Below the pieces are notes generated by a model, which saw nothing but the letters and a program-made list of their open reading frames with translations, searched no databases and had not been told where the DNA came from. A stretch of 64,000 nucleotides of DNA from contig CAVVQF010000006.1 in assembly GCA_963750315.1 (NCBI GenBank), positions 4,669-68,668 of the forward strand. Reading direction: 5' to 3'. Position 1 is the stretch's first letter. Each line of letters starts with the position of its first letter. Positions 9,429 to 18,763 of the stretch are shown here, in pieces. The translations under genes and the position numbers were made by a program. The DNA is from an uncultured Alphaproteobacteria bacterium (lineage in GTDB: Bacteria; Pseudomonadota; Alphaproteobacteria; Sphingomonadales; Sphingomonadaceae).

Positions 9429-10591
9429 GGCTGCGCCCGCCCGGCCATGATCTCGCTGATCTGTCGCAGGCGGGACACGTAGGCACTAGTCATACAGTTC
9501 GACGTTGAACAAGTGTCGCGGCGCACATCGAAGCTCTGCCGGGTGCGAAGCAGCTCCGAGCGCTTTTGCTCGTCGGCCCGGCTCCAGGACTGGAGATAGA
9601 ATGACGACACCTGCCGGTCGAGCAATGCAAGGTTGGCATTCGCGCAGAGGATCCGCTCGGTTCGTCCGGCGACGCCTGCGCATGGAGTGGATGCGTCGAC
9701 TTGTCTTGCCGGTGCAGGCTTGAGCGGTGCGGGCCTCGGTTTGGCGCTCGCAGCGCCCCGTTGTGGCACGTTGGGGGTGGAAATCACCATATCAGCTTCC
9801 ACCTTTGTCGGGCTCGGCTCTTTCGGCGCGGGCCCGATACTCGCCAGCGAGCGAACCAGGCGATCGTCTCCGGTAAGGCTCGCGAGCCGCAATGACGCTC
9901 CCGCTCGCGTAAGGCCGAATGCGATGTCCGCATTGAGATTGGTTCTGCCGCCGTCGACCGCAAAGTCGGACGGAACGTCGAGAGAGAACCAGCCGCCACA
10001 GTCGCCTGATCGGCTCTCGGCTCCCTTGGCCGCAAAACGCGCGATGGTGGCTGTTTCGACTTCCCGAAGCTGCGCTTCCACATCCGGACGACGGTGCGCG
10101 GCGCGGCGGAAGAGTTCCCGCTTCACCAGGTCGTTCACCGTCGAACTCGCACAGGACGGTTCTGGTTTGGGCGGCGGCTTCATCACAGCAAGCTCGGGCG
10201 GCGCTTCGATCTCCCATCGGGTGGCGGCCGGAGCCTGAGCGCTTATCGACGGATAGAGCGCGTATCCGATCATTCCCGCGGCAAATGCGGCGATGAGGAT
10301 GGCTCCTGCCGCCGCGACACGCTTCCGCATCGATGCCGGCTCCTCAGGCGCGGACGCTGGCTCGAACCGGATTTGCCGATGCTCGGCAAGGAAAGCGTCA
10401 TAAGCGCTGCGCTTTTCCGGGCTATTGAGCACCGAATAGGCCGCGTTGATTTCCCGGGAGCGTTCGGCGGCTTCGCTGCCCTGATCCGCGTCGGGATGAA
10501 ACTTGCGCATCAAAGCTCGATAGGCGGCGCGGATTTCCGAAGGCTCCGCTGCAGGCGCGACGCCCAGGACTGAATAATAATCCTGACTCAC
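9425..10591 (-). CDS. J-domain (DnaJ-like) membrane protein with C-terminal LprI/DUF1311-like domain
   Basis: DYYSVLGV..EIRAAYRALMRKFHPD..INAAYSVL; TM helix; C-terminus C..ERILCANANLALLDRQV..Y...RRDTC..NCMTSAYVSRLRQI; start could be 10627. Confidence 0.75.
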   Translation of the reverse strand: MSQDYYSVLGVAPAAEPSEIRAAYRALMRKFHPDADQGSEAAERSREINAAYSVLNSPEKRSAYDAFLAEHRQIRFEPASAPEEPASMRKRVAAAGAILIAAFAAGMIGYALYPSISAQAPAATRWEIEAPPELAVMKPPPKPEPSCASSTVNDLVKRELFRRAAHRRPDVEAQLREVETATIARFAAKGAESRSGDCGGWFSLDVPSDFAVDGGRTNLNADIAFGLTRAGASLRLASLTGDDRLVRSLASIGPAPKEPSPTKVEADMVISTPNVPQRGAASAKPRPAPLKPAPARQVDASTPCAGVAGRTERILCANANLALLDRQVSSFYLQSWSRADEQKRSELLRTRQSFDVRRDTCSTSNCMTSAYVSRLRQISEIMAGRAQP

Positions 10592-10789
10592 GGGCTGTTC
10601 GCCAACGGTTCGACCCCTCTGGTGCATCCTGCGGCCCCGCCGCCCGGCAGCGCAAGGCCCTTATCAATTACGTGGGATAGCGATGCGCACTTGCGACCGG
10701 CGTCCTTCCCGATAAGCTGCATACCAAGCCGGGGCGGAACTCCATTTCAGGAACAATAGTTTATCACGAGGGACGGACGGAAGATCGCT

Positions 10790-11158
10790 ATGGCGGGTTT
10801 GAGAGGCTTGGCGTTTGTGGCGACGATGGCGCTGAGCGCTTCCGCTGCGGCCGAGCCTCCCGATCGCGGGCAGTCCCGCGCGCTGCAATCGCTGTCGCGT
10901 TTCAGCGGAGCGCCGCCCATCCAAATCGGGCGCCGCGGCTTTTCATTCCCCATCGTCGATTATGTCGACCCAAGCGGTCAGCTTCAGATACGCCGCGGGA
11001 TCATTGCCGGAAAAAGCGTTGCCCCAAACACCATCCTTGGCTTCGGCATCTTCCAGACTGCGCCGAAAGCGCGGGGCTACATCGGCGACATCCCGGCGAG
11101 CATGGCCCCGCCCAAGCGCAATCGGCGGGCGGCCGTCGGCCTATCAATGAGGTTTTAG
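10790..11158 (+). CDS. Secreted hypothetical protein ending in a beta-strand with terminal Phe
   Basis: Signal peptide ..ALSASAAA; ends AAVGLSMRF. Confidence 0.6.
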   Translation: MAGLRGLAFVATMALSASAAAEPPDRGQSRALQSLSRFSGAPPIQIGRRGFSFPIVDYVDPSGQLQIRRGIIAGKSVAPNTILGFGIFQTAPKARGYIGDIPASMAPPKRNRRAAVGLSMRF

Positions 11159-11162
11159 CGCG

Positions 11163-11949
11163 TCACATGCGCCAGCCTGGCGAGCGCTTCTCGAGAAAGG
11201 CGTTAATCCCTTCCTCCGCATCCGCCGCCAGTAGAATTCTCGACCATCACGCTGGAAGCGAGATCGTAGGCGTCGGCGAGATCCATCCCCGCTTGACGCA
11301 GCAGCGCGGCTTTTCCCAACTTCACGGCAGCCGGCGGCTTCGCGGCGATGATCGCCGCCATTTCGTTCACCGCAACCGTCAGGGAATCATGCGGAACTAC
11401 CCGATTGACCAGCCCGATCCCGGCCGCCGTCGCCGCGTCGATCATTTCCCCCGTTAGCAGCAGCTCCGTCGCGCGTTTCCTGCTGACGACGCGAGTGAGC
11501 GCCACGGCTGGCGTGGTGCAGAAAAGGCCGACGTCGATACCGTTGACGCCAAACCTTGCTCGGTCGGAAGCGATGGAAAGATCGCACGATGCCACCAATT
11601 GGCAGCCCGCTGCGGTAGCCAGGCCATCCACCTCGGCGATCACCGGCTTGGAGTGATTGACGATCGACTGCATCAGGCGTGAGCAAATGCCGAACACGTT
11701 TTTGAAATAAGCCTCGCCGCGATCCGGGTCTGTCCGATGGGAGGTCATCTGCTTCAGGTCGTGACCGGCCGAGAACAACTTTCCCGACGCGGCGATGACA
11801 ATGACACGGACGGTGTCGTTCCCTTCCGCTTCATCAACTGCTGCCTGGAGCGCGGCCAGCATCTCCTCAGAAAGCGCGTTCGCCGGCGGGTTCTGTAGCG
11901 TCAGGCGAAGGATTCGATGGTTGCTCTCGACCCTTAGGACTTCGGTCAC
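11163..11949 (-). CDS. Enoyl-CoA hydratase/isomerase family (frameshift near 3' end)
   Basis: FSAGHDLK, KPVIAEVDGLATAAGCQLVASCD, GVNGIDVGLFCTTP; tail DAEEGINAFLEKRSP in the adjacent frame. Confidence 0.9.
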
Positions 11950-12024
11950 GACGGCTCCTCTGATACGCCCCGGGAACTAGCACGGCATCGGCAGGATATC
12001 ACCGGGCCGGAATTAGGAGGCGAA

Positions 12025-12810
12025 ATGACCAAGGTTCGGCTGATTGGACTGCCGACGGACTCGCATTCGTCTTTCCTGCGCGGACCCGCCCAGGCGCCGG
12101 ACGCGATCCGCGCAGCGCTGGCATCGGACCACGCTAACCAGGCCACTGAACTGGGCGGCGAGATCGGTGTCGACATCCAATTAGAGGATTTCGGCGACCT
12201 GCCGCTTGATGAATTAGCGGATGATTTCGACCGCATTCGCTCGGCAGGATCGAGTACAGACGCCACGCCGATCTTCCTCGGCGGCGACCATATGGTCACT
12301 TATCCGATCGTCGCGGGTATTTCCGAAATTCACGGCCCGGTGAACGTCCTCCACTTCGACGCGCACCCCGACCTTTATGACGATTTCGAAGGCGATCCGC
12401 TGAGCCACGCCTCGCCCTTCGCGCGGATCATGGAGCGCGGACTGGCAAAGCGTCTGGTCCAGGTCGGGATCCGGACGCTCAATGGCCACTGCCGCGAGCA
12501 GGCGAAGAAGTTCGGGGTCGAGATCGTCGAGATGCGGAGCTTTGCGCCTGACGCAGTCCCAATCCCCGATGCGCCGCTCTACGTCAGCATCGACATGGAC
12601 GCGCTCGATCCGGCGTTCGCGCCGGGCGTGTCGCACCACGAACCGGGCGGACTGTCCGTGCGCGATATCCTGACGGTACTCCACCGCATCGAGACGCCGA
12701 TCGTCGGCGCGGACATCGTCGAATATAATCCGGCGCGAGACATCAATGGGATGACGGCGGTGGTCGCCGCGAAGTTCGTGAAGGAACTGGCCGCAATTGC
12801 GGCTCGATGA
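12025..12810 (+). CDS. Agmatinase / arginase-family ureohydrolase
   Basis: LGGDH, HFDAHPD, SHASPF, SIDMDALDPAFAPGVSHHEPGG, DIVEYNP. Confidence 0.9.
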   Translation: MTKVRLIGLPTDSHSSFLRGPAQAPDAIRAALASDHANQATELGGEIGVDIQLEDFGDLPLDELADDFDRIRSAGSSTDATPIFLGGDHMVTYPIVAGISEIHGPVNVLHFDAHPDLYDDFEGDPLSHASPFARIMERGLAKRLVQVGIRTLNGHCREQAKKFGVEIVEMRSFAPDAVPIPDAPLYVSIDMDALDPAFAPGVSHHEPGGLSVRDILTVLHRIETPIVGADIVEYNPARDINGMTAVVAAKFVKELAAIAAR

Positions 12811-13479
12811 TCAGGCGTCGGCCAACCGGCTTTCGACAAGCCTGATCGCCTCGGCGATCGATCGGTCGATATCGAGATCGCTGGTGTCCAGTAACACCGC
12901 ATCGTCGGCCTGTCGCAGGGGCGCGATGTCCCGATGGGTATCCCGGTCGTCGCGGGCGCGAATGTCGAGCAGCACGTCGTCGTAATGGCCGGGCATTCCG
13001 CGCTCGAGCAGTTCACGGACGCGGCGTTGCGCCCTGACTTCGGCGCTTGCAGTCACGAACAGCTTGGCGTCGGCGTCGGGCGCGATGACCGTCCCGATAT
13101 CGCGGCCGTCGAGCACCGCCCCACCCTCTTGCGCGGCGAAGTCGCGCTGGCGCTGAAGCAAGGCGTCGCGCACCGACGAGTAAGACGAGACTTTCGAGGC
13201 GATCCGCGAGACCGGCTCGCTCCTGAGTTCTTCGTCGCTCGGATCGAAACCGAGGTCGTCGCAGGCTCTCAGCGCCTCGAATTCGTTCGACGCATCGCCG
13301 CCCCAGCGCCAGAGCCTGAGCGCCACCGCCCGGTAAAGCAGGCCGGTGTCCATGTGCGGCAGGTCGAAGTGCGTAGCGAGCGCCCGGGCGATCGTGCCCT
13401 TCCCGCTCGCGGCCGGTCCGTCGACGGCAATCACGAAGCCCTTGCGCTGAGCGGCATGAGTTCCAATTTTGTCGTCCAA
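12811..13479 (-). CDS. cmk: Cytidylate kinase
   Basis: IAVDGPAASGKGT P-loop, DTGLLYR, VLDGRDIGTVI, RDDRD. Confidence 0.95.
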   Translation of the reverse strand: MDDKIGTHAAQRKGFVIAVDGPAASGKGTIARALATHFDLPHMDTGLLYRAVALRLWRWGGDASNEFEALRACDDLGFDPSDEELRSEPVSRIASKVSSYSSVRDALLQRQRDFAAQEGGAVLDGRDIGTVIAPDADAKLFVTASAEVRAQRRVRELLERGMPGHYDDVLLDIRARDDRDTHRDIAPLRQADDAVLLDTSDLDIDRSIAEAIRLVESRLADA

Positions 13480-13579
13480 GCCCGGCGCTTTGACAGGGCG
13501 AATAGCCTATGGCAAGGCGCGCCCCCGAACGCTGCCGCAGCTTTTGCGGCCACCGGAAATTGACTGGAGTTAGACCCAC

Positions 13580-13900
13580 ATGGTGAAACCCGAATGGGGC
13601 ACCAAGCGCACTTGCCCCAAGTGCTCGACCCGCTTTTACGATCTCGGCAACGACCAGCCGGTGCACTGCATCGAATGCGGCACCGAGTGGATCCCCGAGC
13701 CGGTCCTGAAGTCCAAGCAGCCGCTTCCATTCGAAGCGCCGCGCCCGCAGCAGAAGGAGCCCGCTACCGACGCGGATCTCGAGGCTGAAGAGTTGGCGAT
13801 CGCTGAAGATGCAGAGCCGAGCCCGGACGAGGAAGTCGACCTGGCGACGGGCGACGACGATCTCGGCGTCGGCAAGGCCGGTGAGGAAGACGATAGCTAA
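13580..13900 (+). CDS. TIGR02300 / FYDLN acidic zinc-ribbon protein
   Basis: MVKPEWGTKRTCPKCSTRFYDLG...CIECG followed by an acidic tail. Confidence 0.9.
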   Translation: MVKPEWGTKRTCPKCSTRFYDLGNDQPVHCIECGTEWIPEPVLKSKQPLPFEAPRPQQKEPATDADLEAEELAIAEDAEPSPDEEVDLATGDDDLGVGKAGEEDDS

Positions 13901-13967
13901 AACGCCAAATCGGGGAGTGAATTCCCCGTTTGCTTGGGCGAAAACATCGCCTAAGGCGCGAAGGAAC

Positions 13968-14043
13968 GGGGCCGTAGCTCAGCTGGGAGAGCGTCGCAAT
14001 GGCATTGCGAAGGTCAGGGGTTCGATCCCCCTCGGCTCCACCA
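13968..14043 (+). tRNA. tRNA-Ala (anticodon GGC)
   Basis: GGGGCCGTAGCTCAGCTGGGAGAGCG TCGCA-ATGGCAT-TGCGA AGGTCAGGGGTTCGATCCCCCTCGGCTCCACCA. Confidence 0.97.
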
Positions 14044-14066
14044 TCCTTCTGATTTGAATGGATTTT

Positions 14067-14105
14067 AAAGCGGCTCACTCCGTCCGGATTGAGCCGCTTT
14101 TCTTT
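14067..14105 (+). terminator. Rho-independent terminator after tRNA-Ala
   Basis: AAAGCGGCTCA...TGAGCCGCTTTTCTTT. Confidence 0.7.
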
Positions 14106-14176
14106 GTCGCTAAAGCTCAAACGAAAAGCGGCGGCGCCCGTAGGGGCACCGCCGCAAATCTTGTATTTCGAAACGC

Positions 14177-14338
14177 TTAGAGGGCGTTCGAAACGTTGCC
14201 GAACGTCGTGTTCAGCTTGCTGCCGACACCGCGCATCGCGCCGATGGCAGCAACCGCAATCAAGGCTGCGATCAGGCCATATTCGATGGCCGTCGCACCC
14301 TTGCTGTCATTCATCAATTTGACGAACCGCTTAAACAT
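14177..14338 (-). CDS. flp: Flp family type IVb pilin (copy 1)
   Basis: KG/ATAIEYGLIAALIAVAAI Flp motif; 53 aa. Confidence 0.95.
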   Translation of the reverse strand: MFKRFVKLMNDSKGATAIEYGLIAALIAVAAIGAMRGVGSKLNTTFGNVSNAL

Positions 14339-14531
14339 CTCACTCTCCTCGAGCTTGGGCACTGAAATCACAGCACGATGTCCCACGCTTCAGTAAACTC
14401 ACCGCGCTAAGGTCATTCTCGCGCAAACTGGTTGCCGAATTCCTAAGGCGCGACGTTAAGTTTAATTTACGCAGAAAAAATGCGGCGATGCCTGGTGAGG
14501 CACCGCCGCATCTTTCACTCGAAAGCGCTAT

Positions 14532-14690
14532 TTACAGAGCGTTCGAAACGTTGCCGAACGTCGTGTTCAGCTTCGAACCGATGCCCTGCATCGCGCCAAT
14601 CGCCGCAACGGCGATGAGAGCTGCGATCAGACCATATTCAATGGCCGTCGCGCCCTTTTCGTTTTTAATCAGCTTCAAAAACTTCGACAT
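14532..14690 (-). CDS. flp: Flp family type IVb pilin (copy 2)
   Basis: MSKFLKLIKNEKG/ATAIEYGLIAALIAV; 52 aa. Confidence 0.95.
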   Translation of the reverse strand: MSKFLKLIKNEKGATAIEYGLIAALIAVAAIGAMQGIGSKLNTTFGNVSNAL

Positions 14691-14779
14691 TTCCGATCTC
14701 CTCAAGGCCCACTCGGAGTCAAACCACTCCAGCTTCCGTGGTACGCAGGGAGGCAACAGGAGGACTAAGCCCGGCAGAG

Positions 14780-14794
14780 TTGAGAAAGGCTTAA
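14780..14794 (-). promoter_or_regulatory. CtrA-like site upstream of pilin copy 2
   Basis: TTGA-GAAAGGC-TTAA (TTAA-N7-TTAA with one mismatch); further TTAG/TTAAC half-sites adjacent. Confidence 0.5.
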
Positions 14795-14879
14795 AGGCGC
14801 AAGTTAGCGCGCGTTAACCGCACAAAAGAAAAGCGGCGGAGTCTTTCGACCCCGCCGCCTGCAATCTTTCGAAGAGCTC

Positions 14880-15041
14880 TTAGAGAGCGTTCGAAACGTT
14901 GCCGAAAGTCGTGTTCAGCTTGCTGCCGATGCCACGCATCGCGCCAATCGCCGCAACGGCGATGAGAGCTGCGATCAGGCCGTATTCGATGGCCGTTGCA
15001 CCCTTGCTGTCGTTCATCAGCTTGACGAAGCGCTTGAACAT
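14880..15041 (-). CDS. flp: Flp family type IVb pilin (copy 3)
   Basis: MFKRFVKLMNDSKG/ATAIEYG...; differs from copy 1 by one residue (V/I). Confidence 0.95.
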   Translation of the reverse strand: MFKRFVKLMNDSKGATAIEYGLIAALIAVAAIGAMRGIGSKLNTTFGNVSNAL

Positions 15042-15134
15042 ATCTGGTCTCCTGTCCGTGTTTCCCGGGAACGTTGTTTGTCCCAACACCCCCGCAGTCC
15101 CGCGAAGGTTGCACGAAGATTTAGAGACCCACCG

Positions 15135-15149
15135 TTGAGAAATGCTTAA
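15135..15149 (-). promoter_or_regulatory. CtrA-like site upstream of pilin copy 3
   Basis: TTGA-GAAATGC-TTAA, nearly identical to the site at 14780. Confidence 0.5.
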
Positions 15150-15183
15150 GCCAAGAGGTTGATAAACGTTAATTATATCAGAT

Positions 15184-17172
15184 TTATTCGAGCAGCTTTT
15201 CGATCTCGCGGAAGACCTGACGAAGCGGTTCAGCGCCCTTCGTCCACTCTGCGGGAAGCGGGCTTTCCTGTTCCCGCTTCGGCTGAATACGCTCAGGTAC
15301 CCGGAACTCACTCGGAAGTTGCGGGCCTGCCCGTCCGTCCACGTTCAAGGCCGAGACCATGAAATTATGCCAGATCTGCGCCGGCACCGTGCCCCCACTG
15401 ACATTGCGGCCGAGCGGCTTGTCGTCGTCGCGGCCGACCCACACCCCGACGACCAGATTGCCAGCGAAGCCGACGAACAAGGCATCGCGGTTCCCCTGGG
15501 TGGTGCCCGTCTTGCCGAAAGTCGGAACCGCCAATGCCGCGCGACGGCCGGTCCCGTCATTGGCGGCCGCATAGAGAAGATCGAGCATGGGCGCCCAGTC
15601 GCGACGGGAATCCATTCGCCCGCCAGCCTGAAGCATGCCCGCGAATCGGCCCTGGTCCGCCTTGTCCGGCAAGCCGCGTGCGCGAATCGGATAGCGCCCG
15701 CTTGCGACCGCGGCGTAGGCGGAGGTCAGTTCGAGCAGGCTGACGCCCGCCGTGCCCAGAGCGATACTGGGAGAGTTCGGCAACGGAGTCGTAATGCCGA
15801 GTTCACGCGCGGCGCGCATCACGTTCGGCCTGCCTACCTTTTCCGAAAGACGCACCGCCGCCGCATTGCTCGAACGGGCGAAGGCCTCGCGCATGGTGAC
15901 CGGGCCGCGATAGACGCCGTCGCTGTTTGACGGCGTCCACCCGTCGATGGTGATCGGGCGGTCCTCGATGATGCTGTCGGGAGTATAGCCGGCACGAAGG
16001 GCGGCGAGATAGACGAACAGCTTGAACGCAGAGCCCGGCTGGCGGCGTGCCTGCGTTGCCCGGTTAAAGGGACTGTCCTTGTAGCTCTTGCCGCCGACCA
16101 TCGCGACGACTCGGCCGTCCGGACGCATCGCCACCAGCGCCACCTGCATGTGCTGAGCCGCCCCCTGCGACGCGGCCCGTACCGCAAGCCGCTGCAGATC
16201 GGCATCCAGCGTCGTACGCACCTTCACTTCGCCAAAGTCCGCTTCGTAAGCATCGCGCGCTTCGGGCGAGACCCAGTCGGCGAAATAGGTGCCCGTCGGA
16301 ATCTTGGATGACCGATAGACCGGGCGCGCCGGGGTCGTGGCGTTTGCCCGAACCTGCGTAACCTTGCCCGTATCCACCATCGCGTTGAGCACAAGCTTGC
16401 TGCGCGCCTGCGCCAGCTTGAGGTTGTTCGTGGGCGCGAGGCGCGACGGCGCCTGCACCACGCCGGCAAGCATGGCCGACTGTGCAAGCGACAGATCCTC
16501 GGGTTCGCGGCCGAAATAATGCTTCGAGGCCGCACGCAGGCCGTAGACGCCGTCACCGAAATAGACGCTCGATAGATAGCGAGAGAGTATCTCGTCCTTC
16601 GACAGCCAGGCTTCGAGCCAGAAGGCAATGATCACTTCCTGCGCTTTCCGCTTCATGCTGCGATCCGATGACAGGAAGCTGGTCTTCGCGAGCTGCTGGG
16701 TGATGGTCGATCCGCCCTGGCGAACCCCGCCTGCCTGCATGTTGGCGACCATCGCCCGCCCGATGCCGCGCGGATCGATACCCCAGTGGCTGTAGAAACG
16801 GCGGTCTTCGATCGCGACGAATGCAGCGGGCGTGACCTTGTTGAGCTTGGTCACGTCGACCGGCGCTTCCTTGATCGCGCCGCGGCGAGCGATCGGCTGC
16901 CCTTCCTGCGACACGAGCAGAATCGCCGGATCGTCGAGCGGCTCGAGCGCGCGCGACAATGGAGCGGTCACGATGAGCCAGATGAGCGTGATGAAGAACA
17001 GGAGCGCGAAGGCGTAGAGAAATAGCGGCCAGCGCCGGCGACGCTCCGGCTTCTGATCGACGGGAAGTGCATCGTCGCCAACGCCCGGCAGCGGGTAAGC
17101 CGTTGCGAACGGATCCGGCAATTCTTCCACGTTGGAGCCGCCGCGGCTCCAAATCCCCTCGTTATCGACCAA
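15184..17172 (-). CDS. Class A penicillin-binding protein (transglycosylase-transpeptidase)
   Basis: AIEDRRFYSHWG, QGGSTITQQLAK, RKAQE, RQPGSAFK (SxxK), SSN, GKTGTT. Confidence 0.93.
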   Translation of the reverse strand: MVDNEGIWSRGGSNVEELPDPFATAYPLPGVGDDALPVDQKPERRRRWPLFLYAFALLFFITLIWLIVTAPLSRALEPLDDPAILLVSQEGQPIARRGAIKEAPVDVTKLNKVTPAAFVAIEDRRFYSHWGIDPRGIGRAMVANMQAGGVRQGGSTITQQLAKTSFLSSDRSMKRKAQEVIIAFWLEAWLSKDEILSRYLSSVYFGDGVYGLRAASKHYFGREPEDLSLAQSAMLAGVVQAPSRLAPTNNLKLAQARSKLVLNAMVDTGKVTQVRANATTPARPVYRSSKIPTGTYFADWVSPEARDAYEADFGEVKVRTTLDADLQRLAVRAASQGAAQHMQVALVAMRPDGRVVAMVGGKSYKDSPFNRATQARRQPGSAFKLFVYLAALRAGYTPDSIIEDRPITIDGWTPSNSDGVYRGPVTMREAFARSSNAAAVRLSEKVGRPNVMRAARELGITTPLPNSPSIALGTAGVSLLELTSAYAAVASGRYPIRARGLPDKADQGRFAGMLQAGGRMDSRRDWAPMLDLLYAAANDGTGRRAALAVPTFGKTGTTQGNRDALFVGFAGNLVVGVWVGRDDDKPLGRNVSGGTVPAQIWHNFMVSALNVDGRAGPQLPSEFRVPERIQPKREQESPLPAEWTKGAEPLRQVFREIEKLLE

Positions 17173-17278
17173 CTCTTGTTCCCGGTCCCGAAAGCACTAG
17201 GTGACTTACCCTAGTAAAACAGTCGCGGCGATATATCCAGAGATTTGCTGAATGCGGGCTTACGACTACACAGGAGGA

Positions 17279-18763
17279 ATGCGGTTGCCGGGTCTCCGCC
17301 GCGCCAGTGCCGCGGCATCACTGCTTCTTGCTGCCATGTCGGTCGCCGCGTGCCAGAAGGGCACCGAGGGCGAGACCGAGGTCGTCGTCATCGGCGAGCC
17401 GCCGAAAGTCGTCGATCCGGCGTCTGGGGCTCTGACGGAATCACAGGCACTCCTTCTCTCCAACGTGGCGCAGGGATTGGTCAGCTTCGACGCGACCGGG
17501 CAGATCGTCCCCGGCCTCGCCGAGCGGTGGAACGTCAGCGACGACGGGTTGAGCTACATTTTCCGATTGGAATCGGCGAACTGGCCCAACGGCCGCAAGA
17601 TCACCGCCGACCAGGTCGTCAAGCTGCTCCGCCGCCAGCTTGCCGCCCGGAGCAACAATCCGATCAGGGACACGCTCGGCGCGATCGAAGAGATCGTCCC
17701 GATGACGGACCGCGTCATCGAAATCCGCCTCAAAGCCCCGCGGCCGCACTTGCTGCAATTGCTCGCCCAGCCTGAGTTCGGGATCGTCCGCGAAACCTTT
17801 GGCACCGGTCCCTTCCAGATCGCGAAGGACAGCAAGCCTGATGCACTCGATCTGCTCCGAACCGTTTCGAACCTCGACGAGGAAGTGGTCGAGCGCGAAG
17901 AAGTCAGGCTTAGCGGCCGGCCCGCGCAAGCCGCGGTAGCGACCTTCCTCGACGGCAAGGCCGACCTCGTTGTCGGCGGCACCTATGCCGACCTTCCGTA
18001 CGCGCGCGTGAAGCAGGTGGCGAAGGGCTCTCTGCGGTTCGACCCCGCAATTGGATTGTTCGGCCTCGTCGCGGCGCGGGCCGACGGACCCGCCGCCGAT
18101 ACCGATGTCCGCCGGCTGCTGAGCCAGGCGATCGACCGGCAGGCGATGATCGAGGCGCTGAAAGTTCCCGGCCTGTTGCCGCGCGTGACTTTGCTCGAGC
18201 CCGGGCTGGACGGGGTGCCAGATCCCACCGTCCCGCAATGGACCGGGACGCCAATCGACCAGCGCCGGGCCGGATTGGCCGCGGCGGCAACGCGGATGTT
18301 CGGCAAGATGGACAAGCCGGTGATCCGGGTCGCCATCCCAGCTTCGCCGGGAGCGAAGATCGTCCTCAGCCGGCTGGCCAGCGACTGGGGCGCGCTGGGG
18401 CTCACGGTGGAAGCCGCATCGCCGGGGCAGCCGGCAGACTTCCGCCTGATCGACGCGGTCGCACCCTCGACATCGCCCGCCTGGTACCTGCGCAATTTCC
18501 GCTGCGGCGAGATTGCCGTTTGCGATCCGAAGGCCGACGAATTGCTTGAGGGAGCACGGGCGGCAACGGTCGCGGCGCAGCGTAATGCGTTGCTCGCCCA
18601 AGCCGCGCAGCAAATGGACGAGCAACAACTGTTTGTCGCGCTCACGGCTCCGATCCGCTGGTCGCTCGTTTCGGACCGCGTGCAAGGCTTCGCAACCAAC
18701 CGCTTCGCGCGTCACACATTGACCTCGCTGGGCGAAAAACTCGATCGGGATCGCGGCGAATGA
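17279..18763 (+). CDS. Family 5 ABC-type substrate-binding lipoprotein (no permease adjacent)
   Basis: Lipobox VAAC; QGLVSFD..GQIVPGLAERW.VSDDGLSYIFRL; GTGPF; VRRLLSQAIDR. Confidence 0.85.
   Translation: MRLPGLRRASAAASLLLAAMSVAACQKGTEGETEVVVIGEPPKVVDPASGALTESQALLLSNVAQGLVSFDATGQIVPGLAERWNVSDDGLSYIFRLESANWPNGRKITADQVVKLLRRQLAARSNNPIRDTLGAIEEIVPMTDRVIEIRLKAPRPHLLQLLAQPEFGIVRETFGTGPFQIAKDSKPDALDLLRTVSNLDEEVVEREEVRLSGRPAQAAVATFLDGKADLVVGGTYADLPYARVKQVAKGSLRFDPAIGLFGLVAARADGPAADTDVRRLLSQAIDRQAMIEALKVPGLLPRVTLLEPGLDGVPDPTVPQWTGTPIDQRRAGLAAAATRMFGKMDKPVIRVAIPASPGAKIVLSRLASDWGALGLTVEAASPGQPADFRLIDAVAPSTSPAWYLRNFRCGEIAVCDPKADELLEGARAATVAAQRNALLAQAAQQMDEQQLFVALTAPIRWSLVSDRVQGFATNRFARHTLTSLGEKLDRDRGE

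Noticed and set aside
13968-14180. Prophage or ICE integration at tRNA-Ala, tRNA-Leu or tRNA-Trp
   Set aside because: No integrase and no duplicated tRNA 3' end seen in the window. Sequence beyond tRNA-Leu (left edge) cannot be assessed.
14177-15041. Repeated ~160-bp units as a CRISPR-like or non-coding repeat array
   Set aside because: The repeats are Flp pilin coding sequences. No short repeat-spacer array or cas gene was seen anywhere in the window.
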